NCBI GenBank assembly: GCA_964460615.1
Contig: CAYWPX010000007.1
Span: 4,313 to 68,312, forward strand
Source: an uncultured Planctomycetia bacterium
GTDB lineage: Bacteria > Omnitrophota > Gorgyraeia > CAYWPX01
Direction: 5' to 3'
DNA length: 64,000 nucleotides
A model generated the notes under the pieces. It searched no databases and was not told the origin of the DNA. It worked only from the letters and a program-made list of their open reading frames with translations. Of this stretch, positions 42,301-51,088 are shown piece by piece. A program made the position numbers and the translations under genes. Position 1 is the first letter of the stretch; each line of letters begins with the position of its first letter.

Positions 42301-42460
42301 ATACATTATTGATTCCCGACGTCAGTCGGGATGAACTATCCCCACAAGCTACGAGTAAATTTTAGAAGCAAAGCGTATAAAATTTGCGAAGTGCTTTGCT
42401 GTGGGGATTACCATTATTCAATTATTCCCAGCCTTAGTTGAGCTGAACCATCCCAGGGAG

Positions 42461-42505
42461 TATATCAAAATTATTAACACAGAGTGTTGGAAATTTTGAT
42501 ATATA
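42461..42505. repeat. Long AT-rich imperfect hairpin with nested mini-hairpin
   Basis: TATATCAAAATT...AACAC-AGAG-GTGTT...AATTTTGATATA; 12-bp outer arms plus a 5-bp inner stem. Confidence 0.5.
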
Positions 42506-42609
42506 TCACGAACTGGGGTCGTATTTATTAAATTGAGCGCTCTTCTTGAGTCGCTTTCGTTTTAGTTCAGTATAATATACTCTAAAAAATAGTAAAACTC
42601 AAATAATAA

Positions 42610-42771
42610 TTAGACTACTTTCTCAAACTGGTCTTTTGGTGCTCCGCATTCAGGGCATACCCAGTCTTCCGGCAGTGATTCAAATTTGATCCCCGGCTTT
42701 ATCCCGTTTGCCGGATCCCCTATGGCAGGATCATAGATATAACCACAAATAATACAACGCCATTTTTCCAT
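42610..42771 (-). CDS. Rubredoxin
   Basis: [15 protein letters not shown]...[10 protein letters not shown] (two CxxCG knuckles); GGAGGTG RBS 5 nt upstream of the ATG. The track's 27-aa N-terminal extension is taken as non-coding. Confidence 0.85.
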   Translation of the reverse strand: MEKWRCIICGYIYDPAIGDPANGIKPGIKFESLPEDWVCPECGAPKDQFEKVV

Positions 42772-42849
42772 CAACGCACCTCCATGTTTTTCTTTTACTA
42801 ATATACCACACCGAAGTAATATTTCATAACTTATTACTGAACGTGACGA

Positions 42850-42868
42850 CATTATGCTTTAGCATAGC
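42850..42868. repeat. Palindromic hairpin CATTATGCTTTAGCATAGC (direct-repeat partner of 43032-43051)
   Basis: 17-nt direct repeat CATTATGCT-NN-AGCATA at both ends of the ~180-bp copy-B segment. Member of a GCTTNAGC hairpin family also present at ~42143-42154 and ~42192-42205. Confidence 0.55.
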
Positions 42869-42874
42869 TTGTTA

Positions 42875-42958
42875 CCCCGCTTCGCCCCTAGAAATTGGGC
42901 TACAATTTCAGGGACTAAAGCCCTCGCAATTCTTCGAATTGCAGAGGGTATAATATCA
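42875..42958. repeat. Inverted-repeat copy B (reverse orientation), upstream of rubredoxin
   Basis: Plus strand CCCTCGCAATTCTTCGAATTGCAGAGGG with the GCTTTAGTCCCTGAAATTGTAGCCCAATTTCTAGGGGCGAAG flank in reverse complement. Confidence 0.7.
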
Positions 42959-43031
42959 CAAAAATCTCTACCCCACAGGGAGTTAAAAGATTTTCTGGGA
43001 GTAATATTTTTGCGACACTGCGCGGGGTTAA

Positions 43032-43051
43032 CATTATGCTGAAGCATAATG
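43032..43051. repeat. Palindromic hairpin CATTATGCTGAAGCATAATG immediately after the nrdJ stop
   Basis: 8-bp stem CATTATGC/GCATAATG with a 4-nt loop; direct-repeat partner of 42850-42868. Confidence 0.55.
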
Positions 43052-45169
43052 TTAAAAATTACACACACCGCTTGCGCAACCTCCTGAATATTCACTGGCG
43101 GCCTTAACGAAATAATCCTTTGGCAGTGTATCTGAAAAACTTAAAACCTGATCTTTCCTTGTTAAATACCTGTATACCGTAATACCTTTACAGCCGAGTT
43201 CATGGGCCCTTAGATAAATACGCCTCACGTCTTCGACTGTCGCTTCTTTCGGCAAATTTATAGTCTTTGATACGGAATTGTCCGTATATTTCTGGAACGC
43301 TGCCTGGATCCTCAAGTGATCCATAGGTTTAATATCAAAACTTGTTACAAATATTTTTTTGACTTTATCAGGTATACTTGGTATCTCCTTTAAAGAGCCA
43401 TGCTCCGCAATTTTCATTAATATCTCTGATCTAAAAAAGTTGTTAGAGCGCGCGACCTTTTCAAATAAAGGATTATATTCTATCAACCGGGTCCCGTCCA
43501 TAACATTTCTTACAAAACTTATCGCAAATATAGGCTCTATTCCGCTTGACGATCCGGAGATTATACTTATTGTTCCTGTCGGAGCTATGGTATTAACTGT
43601 AGCATTCCTGAGTTTGGAGAAACCTTTTTTCGGATAAATAGAGTTTTTAAAATTAGCAAAAGACCCTCTCTCTTTCGCTAATTCTACCGATGCCCTTAGA
43701 GATTCCTGGCGTATAAACTTCATGATTTTCTCTGCCAGAATAACCGCCTTATTTGAATTATAGGGAATATTCAAGGCTATAAGCATATCGGCAAACCCCA
43801 TTACCCCTAAGCCTACTTTGCGATTTTTTTGAGTGATCTCTTTTATTTCGGGCAAAGGAAATTTATTGACCTCAATACAATTATCCAAAAATCTTATACC
43901 AAGATGCACCCTCTCTTTCAGCAATCCCCAGTCAAATCCATCCTTTTTCACAAGCTTAGAAAGATTGATAGATCCGAGATTGCAGCTTTCGTAGGGCAAT
44001 AACGGGAGCTCGCCGCATGGATTTGTCGCTTCGATCTTTCCTAAGGCTGGGGTTGGGTTGTGGCGGTTTACCTCGTCAATAAATATTAGCCCCGGGTCTC
44101 CCGAATGCCAGGCAGCATTGACTATCATATCAAATAAATTTCTGGCGTTTATGGATCTTGTAACTTTATTTGTTCGCGGGTTAATAAGCTCAAAATGCCT
44201 GTTGAACCTTACCGCATCCATGAATTTATCAGTAATAGCAATGGAAAGATTAAAATTTTCAAACTCTTTGGGCAATATTTTTGCCTCAATGAAATCTATG
44301 ATATCCGGATGATCGCATCTAAGGATACCCATGTTGGCTCCGCGCCTCCTGCCTCCCTGAATAATAACTCCCGTAGCGGCATTGAATATCTTCATAAAAG
44401 ACACCGGCCCTGACGCAAGGCCGTTTGTAGAATGGACCAGGTCATTTTTCGGCCTTAGGTTTGAAAAAGAGAAGCCTGTTCCTCCGCCGGTCTGATGGAT
44501 CTTTGCCATACTTTTAAGCGCAGTGAATATATCATCTATGGAATCGCCGACCGGAAGGACAAAGCAAGCCGATAATTGCCCCATTTTCGTTCCGGCATTC
44601 ATAAGCGTTGGGGAATTCGGAAGGAATTCCAATTTCATAAGGGCATCCAGGAACTTGCCTTCATAAAAACTTTTTTTGGATCTTGATTTAAAATTTAATT
44701 CTGCTTTTGATATGGAATTTGCGACCCTTTCCAAAAGCTCTTTGGGGGTTTCGATAACTTTCTGAGAATTATCTTTTAGGAGATATCTTCTTTCGAGGAC
44801 CCTGATAGTATTAATAGGAAGCTTGAGTTCGTCTTTAATTCCTGCGACAGTTTTTGAGAGCCTTAATTCCGCCCTGCGATTTCTATAAAGTATGTAGGCT
44901 CTCGCGATATCAGTATAATGAGACCACATAAGGGCCTCTTCTACTATATCCTGAATATTCTCCACCGATACCGATAAATCTTTCTTTAAGCGCCTCCTGA
45001 TTATATCTAAAACCAGATTTGCAATCTTGCCAGATACAAAACCCGCTTCTTTTTCATCCTGCAAAACTTCAAATGCCGAGCGGAATACAGCGCTTTTAAT
45101 TTTTTCAATATCAAAATCTACTATTGAGCTGTCCCTTTTTTTGACCCTGATGCGCTTATCCACTGTCAA
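43052..45169 (-). CDS. nrdJ: Adenosylcobalamin-dependent (class II) ribonucleotide reductase with N-terminal ATP-cone
   Basis: ATP-cone (VKKRDSSIVDFDIEKI), active site EATNPCGELPLLPYESCNLGSINL, C-terminal Cys pair. Confidence 0.85.
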   Translation of the reverse strand: MTVDKRIRVKKRDSSIVDFDIEKIKSAVFRSAFEVLQDEKEAGFVSGKIANLVLDIIRRRLKKDLSVSVENIQDIVEEALMWSHYTDIARAYILYRNRRAELRLSKTVAGIKDELKLPINTIRVLERRYLLKDNSQKVIETPKELLERVANSISKAELNFKSRSKKSFYEGKFLDALMKLEFLPNSPTLMNAGTKMGQLSACFVLPVGDSIDDIFTALKSMAKIHQTGGGTGFSFSNLRPKNDLVHSTNGLASGPVSFMKIFNAATGVIIQGGRRRGANMGILRCDHPDIIDFIEAKILPKEFENFNLSIAITDKFMDAVRFNRHFELINPRTNKVTRSINARNLFDMIVNAAWHSGDPGLIFIDEVNRHNPTPALGKIEATNPCGELPLLPYESCNLGSINLSKLVKKDGFDWGLLKERVHLGIRFLDNCIEVNKFPLPEIKEITQKNRKVGLGVMGFADMLIALNIPYNSNKAVILAEKIMKFIRQESLRASVELAKERGSFANFKNSIYPKKGFSKLRNATVNTIAPTGTISIISGSSSGIEPIFAISFVRNVMDGTRLIEYNPLFEKVARSNNFFRSEILMKIAEHGSLKEIPSIPDKVKKIFVTSFDIKPMDHLRIQAAFQKYTDNSVSKTINLPKEATVEDVRRIYLRAHELGCKGITVYRYLTRKDQVLSFSDTLPKDYFVKAASEYSGGCASGVCNF

Positions 45170-46131
45170 TATCCCCCCTCCTGGTCTTTCGGCTCAATCA
45201 ATTTATTTGTAAGCAGGTACTTATAAGCTGACAAAGCTGCTTTGGCACCTTCGCCAGCGGCAATAATTATCTGTTTTTCAGGCACTGTCGTGACATCCCC
45301 TGCCGCAAATACTCCCTCCACCGATGTTTTACAATGATCATCTACCGCTATCTCATGCCATTTATTCAGCTCCAGAAACCCTTCTACAAATTCTGAGTTT
45401 GGAATAAGCCCTATCTCAATAAAAACACCGTCAACCGGCAGAACTTCGGACTCTTTAGTCTTAAGGGATTCTATTTTTATTTTTTCAAGCCTCTTATCCC
45501 CGATAAGCTCAATTACCTTAAAGGAAATTTTGGGTATAAATTTATTTGACTGGCTTACACTCTCAACCAATACCGAGTCCGCCTGCCACTTATCCGCATT
45601 ATTTATCACATAAAACTTTTCTGCAATATTAATAAGATCGTTTGCCGCAGTAAAAGCGGAATTTCCCCCTCCTATTACAGCAACAGTCTTTCCTTTAAAT
45701 AATGGCGCGTCGCAAATAGAGCAATAACTCACACCTTTCCCGACAAAGTCTTTCTCCTTGGGCACATTTAGCGGCCTCGAGCGCTTGCCTGTTGCTACGA
45801 TAATGGTTCTTGATTTAAATTTCTTATTATCTTTTGATGTTATTTCAAAAATTTCTCCATCCTTTTTTATTGATTTTGCTTCATTATCAGTAACAACATC
45901 GACCGGAAATTGCTTTACCTGGTCTTCGAATTTTTTTGTTAGTTCATCGCCTGTAATAAGCTGATATCCTGAATAATTTTCTATCTCGGATGTCCATGCT
46001 ACCTGGCCCCCGATATCCATACTCAATAAAAGTGTACTAAGCTGCTTGCGCGCTGAATAGATAGTAGCAGTTAATCCTGCAGGCCCAGCTCCTATTATCG
46101 CTATATCATAAACCACGGTCTCTTTTTCCAT
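45166..46131 (-). CDS. Thioredoxin-disulfide-reductase-like FAD/NAD(P) flavoprotein
   Basis: DIAIIGAGPAGLTA FAD motif, CSICDA redox-active pair, second Rossmann GGGNSA. Confidence 0.72.
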   Translation of the reverse strand: MEKETVVYDIAIIGAGPAGLTATIYSARKQLSTLLLSMDIGGQVAWTSEIENYSGYQLITGDELTKKFEDQVKQFPVDVVTDNEAKSIKKDGEIFEITSKDNKKFKSRTIIVATGKRSRPLNVPKEKDFVGKGVSYCSICDAPLFKGKTVAVIGGGNSAFTAANDLINIAEKFYVINNADKWQADSVLVESVSQSNKFIPKISFKVIELIGDKRLEKIKIESLKTKESEVLPVDGVFIEIGLIPNSEFVEGFLELNKWHEIAVDDHCKTSVEGVFAAGDVTTVPEKQIIIAAGEGAKAALSAYKYLLTNKLIEPKDQEGGY

Positions 46132-46139
46132 GATATCCC

Positions 46140-49100
46140 CTATTTACAAATTTTCGCCCTAAATATGTTGGTCCCGGTAGTCATATTCCTGGTATTGACA
46201 TACATAAAACCCTTAAAAGGATGCAAATCCCCAACTAATGAATTGGCTGAATTATTATTTATATAAGAGTTACTTACAGGAGTCCATGTTATTCCATCGG
46301 GTGATGAATAAACTCTTCCGCCCCAATTATAAGTAGTGAGGTATAGTCTTCCCATATAGCTAGTAATATCACCTATGTATGGTTCATTATTCATTCCCTG
46401 GTAAGCCAGTTCCCAGTTTACACCATCTTTGGTCCTATAGATGTAGTTTGGCCCAAAAGCTTCAGCTGTGGTAGCATATAGATAACCACCAAATACTGTC
46501 ATATGAGAAATACTGGATCTATTGGTACTGCCAAAGCCATCCCCTACTACTTTTTCCCATGTTGTTCCATCATTAGTTCTCCAAATCTGGGCTCCGGTTG
46601 TTGTTCTTCCGAAATACCCATAGTTATAGGTACCTATATAAAGATATCCCCTAAACACACATGATGCATCAGAATCCATATTTGCGTACTGTTTATTTGA
46701 AGAATCTTTACCAAAAGCAGGCTGCGACACATTTAACCAGCTAGTAGCTACACTTGAGTTCATAGGGTCACTTGACCTACGCATTGTAAACCACAAATTC
46801 CAGTCATTATAAAATGCTGCATAAGCATAGTTATTAAAAGCTATTATGTCTTTTGTCCACCAGTCTCTATTGCCAAGTCTTAAAGTAGTAAATGTATTGT
46901 CAGGATTAAGTTTGGTCAGATAGCATGTTCCGTACCAGTCATCAGATACAGCATAGAGGCCAGAGTTTAAGCCAAGATTTAGGTATTTTAGATCAAGAGT
47001 CCTGTACATGTAATAGCCATTCCCATATGGAGTCTTAAGCTCATAAACCCTTTTAAAGTTTATACCATCATATGATTTGAAGATAGCGGGATGGAGATTG
47101 GAGTTTGAAGTTGATACATAAAGGCTTCCATTAGCATCCATCATTTTCGCTTCATGGTTTTTGGGATCGCCGAAGCCATCAGTAACTATATTTTCCCAGC
47201 TTGTTTCTAAAACATCAGGAGGTACATCAGGCGGTATATAGTCTAGGTTATCAGTAAGTATCACTGAATCAAGCATTGTATCCATCTCCCAAAATACCAT
47301 AGAAATAGTGTGTTTGCCGGAGGCAAGATGAATAATAACTCTATCGCTGTAATCATTATAATGCCTATTTATCCATTCAAATTTATATGAATCACTATTG
47401 TACCCGATGGTATGAACAGTTTCATCATCTATGCTGATATCCATAGCATAATTGGTATTATGGTCTAATCTTATTCTGAACCAGAAAGTATAATCCCCTT
47501 CTTCGCCTACAAAAAATGAGTGAGTGTTGGTACCACAGTGCTGGCTTGTGATGCACATCTTTGCCCAGGCAACGTTATTGGGATCAATAGATACAGTAGC
47601 AAGATTGTCCATATCTTCGGCTTCAAAAGAGATGTAACTATTACTTTTAGTAAGCGTAGTAGAAAATAAGACTTCTTGGGCATTACTTAAAGCAATTTCT
47701 TTAAAGAAACTTTCATATCCCCTTTTACTTACTTCTAATAAATATAACCCATCACTAATATCTGTACTCCAAACTTCAAATTTGCCATTTAAATCTGTTT
47801 GAGCAATAGATAAAATTTCAAGACCATCAAGATTTTTAATAATTATATCTACAAAATTTAATGGTTCATCCCCTATAGCAGTCTCATCAAAAATAGTACC
47901 TTTTAGTAAAAGATTGTTCACTTTGATTAAAATTCCGCTGCTTTCTCCTTTTGATGTTACTACTTTTAAAAAATCTGTTATAGCACCATGAGGAATTCTA
48001 CAATTGATATTTGTATCAGACCATGTCTCAACAGGACACAATAACCCATTTTCAAATATAACTTTAGAATCATCTTGTAAATTGCCAAAATTAGTTCCTA
48101 GAATAATAAGAAGGTTATTCTGAACAACAATTTCCGGATTAACTGAAATAATTTCAGGGAGAGAATTATCTACATTAATCTCAAAATGAGCAGGCCCAGA
48201 CCAGTTACCAGCTCCATCTTGCGCTATTATGTGAAAATAATAAGTACCTGTGCTAAGGTTTGAGTAGGCTTGCTCAGTAATATTTCCTTCTGAAATCAAA
48301 TCTGGCATGGTGTTGGGTAGCTGATCAAGAATAAAAGAATACCCTATTATCCCACTTGGGTCAACAGCATCCCATTTAAAATTAACATTTCCTCCGACTA
48401 TATTATTACTAGTTGGTAAAATCAAAATTGGGGATAAAGGCGGAGTTACATCCGTTTTATCTAAAATTGCCACATTACCGGCTTCATCTTCTGCTACTAC
48501 CCTATAAATAGTGCTGGGGGGATATAGATCGCGAACTACAATATCTATATTATAAAACTTTAGACCTCCTGCATCTAAAACCCATGAAGTCCCATAAGGG
48601 CTAGATGTCATTTCTAAGGTATTTATACCTGAATAAGCGCCATTAGGGCCTTCAGGGTCATCCGCGGATATTTTATATATCTTACAAGTGCCTTGCACTT
48701 GCCCTGTATCTGGATTTATATAAGGAACAGGTCCTATTACACTCATAGAGATATTTGGGGAAATTTCTTCTATCTTAAAATTAATATTATAACCATAACC
48801 ATTAATTTTACTTATTGGATAACAATTTGAAGAAGAAGTATATAGCCTCAATAAAAAAGGCCCCATAATACTTTCCTTACTCATTTGCTGAACTGAAAAT
48901 TTTACTTCAAAATTTTGAGTTGAACCAGCCGGCATATTAACTGGTGTTTGAGGGCTAATTGAACTTACTGTTATTCCACTCGGCGGAAAAGCCCTTAAAT
49001 ATGCATTTTCAATAGGGCCTGTGCTCCCAGAAATATTCTCTGCTTCAAATATTATTGTATTATCAAATGAATTAGCGCCGATTTCATAAACAGGATTATT

Positions 49101-49175
49101 GGCATATGAATAAGAATTTATAGTAAATACTATTATAAAAAAATTTAATATTTTAAATATTTTTTTATACCACAT
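46140..49175 (-). CDS. Large secreted multidomain protein (IPT/TIG, carboxypeptidase-regulatory-like domain, C-terminal BNR/Asp-box beta-propeller)
   Basis: Start at the internal MWYKKIF... with a signal peptide. IPT/TIG segment (ISVNPEIV...LILGTNFG). At least four SxDGxxW-type repeats (RTNDGTTWEKV, RTKDGVNWELA, SSPDGITWTPV, KSYDGINFKRV). Confidence 0.65.
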   Translation of the reverse strand: MWYKKIFKILNFFIIVFTINSYSYANNPVYEIGANSFDNTIIFEAENISGSTGPIENAYLRAFPPSGITVSSISPQTPVNMPAGSTQNFEVKFSVQQMSKESIMGPFLLRLYTSSSNCYPISKINGYGYNINFKIEEISPNISMSVIGPVPYINPDTGQVQGTCKIYKISADDPEGPNGAYSGINTLEMTSSPYGTSWVLDAGGLKFYNIDIVVRDLYPPSTIYRVVAEDEAGNVAILDKTDVTPPLSPILILPTSNNIVGGNVNFKWDAVDPSGIIGYSFILDQLPNTMPDLISEGNITEQAYSNLSTGTYYFHIIAQDGAGNWSGPAHFEINVDNSLPEIISVNPEIVVQNNLLIILGTNFGNLQDDSKVIFENGLLCPVETWSDTNINCRIPHGAITDFLKVVTSKGESSGILIKVNNLLLKGTIFDETAIGDEPLNFVDIIIKNLDGLEILSIAQTDLNGKFEVWSTDISDGLYLLEVSKRGYESFFKEIALSNAQEVLFSTTLTKSNSYISFEAEDMDNLATVSIDPNNVAWAKMCITSQHCGTNTHSFFVGEEGDYTFWFRIRLDHNTNYAMDISIDDETVHTIGYNSDSYKFEWINRHYNDYSDRVIIHLASGKHTISMVFWEMDTMLDSVILTDNLDYIPPDVPPDVLETSWENIVTDGFGDPKNHEAKMMDANGSLYVSTSNSNLHPAIFKSYDGINFKRVYELKTPYGNGYYMYRTLDLKYLNLGLNSGLYAVSDDWYGTCYLTKLNPDNTFTTLRLGNRDWWTKDIIAFNNYAYAAFYNDWNLWFTMRRSSDPMNSSVATSWLNVSQPAFGKDSSNKQYANMDSDASCVFRGYLYIGTYNYGYFGRTTTGAQIWRTNDGTTWEKVVGDGFGSTNRSSISHMTVFGGYLYATTAEAFGPNYIYRTKDGVNWELAYQGMNNEPYIGDITSYMGRLYLTTYNWGGRVYSSPDGITWTPVSNSYINNNSANSLVGDLHPFKGFMYVNTRNMTTGTNIFRAKICK

Positions 49176-49212
49176 TTGTTTTTTGTCTCTTCTAATTTTC
49201 AAAATATCAGTT

Positions 49213-49893
49213 TCATTGCGGTAATGTCCATTTTTCTTTATTTCTTTCCCACCACTTAACACATTCTTGCGGCTTGGCGTTGCTATTTACTTCACCATTA
49301 GATAAATATTCAAGAGCAGAGATTAAATCGCTATCACCTTTTTTAATTTTTTCAATAAAATTTGGTATCGCTACTATTCCAAGACCCTTCATGCGTTGAA
49401 ATTTTTCATCAGCTTCTTTTTGTCTACCTTGTTTTTTTAAATCTTTCCAATCGCTATAAAGTTTTTCAAACTGTTTAGGGGTTTGAAATCGACCATAATG
49501 ATACCAGTAAACATATGGGCTTTCTCCCTGCTTTAAATTGGGGAGATCAACATAAATAACTTTACGATTTTTTTCATCCCAATATGTGTCAAATTTTACT
49601 TTTGTAATATTTTGTAAGGCTACACTAAGCAACCAAGAATCCTCAGAGCCAGATTTCATCTTATCCACAATAAAAGGTACGGCTTTCGGCCCAAGATTAA
49701 CAATTTCTTTAAATTCATTACATTCTGTTCGGGAAGAGGTAGTTGAAGAAATCATGATTTTAAATTGTGAAATATAATTTTTCCATGTTTTATATTTTTG
49801 TTCAAATTGTTCTTTAAAATTTTCTTCTCCCCAAACATTATTTATAAGATTTGCTATAGCAACAATTATGCACATAATAAATATTTTTTTCAT
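49213..49893 (-). CDS. Hypothetical secreted protein
   Basis: Signal peptide MKKIFIMCIIVAIANLINNVWG at the internal Met; no recognisable family. Confidence 0.45.
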   Translation of the reverse strand: MKKIFIMCIIVAIANLINNVWGEENFKEQFEQKYKTWKNYISQFKIMISSTTSSRTECNEFKEIVNLGPKAVPFIVDKMKSGSEDSWLLSVALQNITKVKFDTYWDEKNRKVIYVDLPNLKQGESPYVYWYHYGRFQTPKQFEKLYSDWKDLKKQGRQKEADEKFQRMKGLGIVAIPNFIEKIKKGDSDLISALEYLSNGEVNSNAKPQECVKWWERNKEKWTLPQ

Positions 49894-49906
49894 TACATTC
49901 CTCCAT

Positions 49907-51022
49907 CTATTTGAACTTATAATAACAAATTGGGTTTCCATAATCGCCATCGTTTAATTGATCCCACAAGTGTTCAATTTTGAACCATTCTCCGCATTTA
50001 CTCTCAAAAATAGCCCATTTTCCCATACCACAATTACAATTCTTTTTTTTAGAAGCGTGAAAACCAGAATAATATACAACATCTGCATCAGCAAAGCTGG
50101 TAGCGGTTGGCAAATAGCCTTTTACATCATAAAATGCATCCATGTCGCTAATTTCTAAAATACCATTCTTGTTTCCATATGCCATATCAATCCCAACAAT
50201 GGGATGATTTGGATCGCTAAAATTACTATAAATGTCATTATACCAAACATTTGTCTCGCCTACAGACCAGGCTATGCAATTATATAAAGTTGTAGCTTCT
50301 CCTGTTATACTCCATTCACAATTTTCTAATTTAGGCCAAGCATTTTTTGCAACAATTCTTTCGTCTGGCTTCGGCTGCCTCCCACAAGTTGCAGCAATTA
50401 GATTATAGTAAGCAACATCTGAGTAACTAAATTTTCCTTCGCTATCTTTATAAGTTACGCTAAGCTGAATTTTAGTATTATAATTTGAATTTCCTTCCAC
50501 CCAAAGATTGTCTTTAGTATTTATAAAATCCGTTCTTTGTAAACTATCAGAAAGGTCCCAAAGCTTTTCGCGATAATCATAACCTATAATTTTATTATCT
50601 GCACCTTTATTTATGCTTTTCCATACTAACAAACTCCCCGATCTCGTTCTTAACGAAACCAGGCCAATTTTAGGAATGGGTTCTAAATTAATCACTAATT
50701 TTTTAAGATCGTTTTCATTTGCTATATAATCCGTTATATCTTTATCAGGAATTGGCATACCTGTATCCGGAATAACGCTGCCGTTGTCATTATCAATATT
50801 GCAATGAATATACGCTCCTGGCGTTAATTTTTTATCTGGAGATAGCTCTCCATCAAGATCAAAAATAGATAAATTTAAATTAAAAACTGTAAATTCCTGT
50901 TTTGGCGTGCAAAAAGTTATTCCTTGATTAGGGGTAGAATGGGAATTTGATGGCATAAAAAGACTTACCACCAGCATATTAATCAAAATTAAACAAAATA
51001 TTTTACATCTATATATTGGCAT
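49907..51022 (-). CDS. Hypothetical secreted Cys-rich protein
   Basis: N-terminal hydrophobic signal; C-terminal CNCGMGKW...CGEW...PICYY. Confidence 0.45.
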   Translation of the reverse strand: MPIYRCKIFCLILINMLVVSLFMPSNSHSTPNQGITFCTPKQEFTVFNLNLSIFDLDGELSPDKKLTPGAYIHCNIDNDNGSVIPDTGMPIPDKDITDYIANENDLKKLVINLEPIPKIGLVSLRTRSGSLLVWKSINKGADNKIIGYDYREKLWDLSDSLQRTDFINTKDNLWVEGNSNYNTKIQLSVTYKDSEGKFSYSDVAYYNLIAATCGRQPKPDERIVAKNAWPKLENCEWSITGEATTLYNCIAWSVGETNVWYNDIYSNFSDPNHPIVGIDMAYGNKNGILEISDMDAFYDVKGYLPTATSFADADVVYYSGFHASKKKNCNCGMGKWAIFESKCGEWFKIEHLWDQLNDGDYGNPICYYKFK

Positions 51023-51088
51023 AATTCTGGTTTTGACCCAATCAATAATCTTATTTTAAAACAAATATTACTTTTACTTGTTTCAAAA

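Noticed and set aside
42118-42306. Track ORF (62 aa, minus) overlapping the ferredoxin start
   Set aside because: Lies entirely within the inverted-repeat/hairpin element; no RBS; low-complexity translation of repeat DNA.
42124-42320. tmRNA or tRNA-like structure (GGGGTGGTTCGCCCC resembles a T-arm)
   Set aside because: The T-loop sequence is non-canonical (UGGUUCG rather than UUCRANU) and there is no acceptor stem, CCA end or tag-peptide reading frame. Judged coincidental.
42124-43051. Integron-style attC sites flanking a rubredoxin cassette
   Set aside because: The repeats are imperfect palindromes of suitable size, but I see no GTTRRRY/RYYYAAC core sites at their ends and no intI or attI nearby. 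Kept only as a loose analogy inside the main finding.
42859-43095. Track ORF (78 aa, minus) upstream of rubredoxin
   Set aside because: Coincides with repeat copy B and the hairpin after the nrdJ stop, and overlaps the nrdJ 3' end. Most likely non-coding leader.
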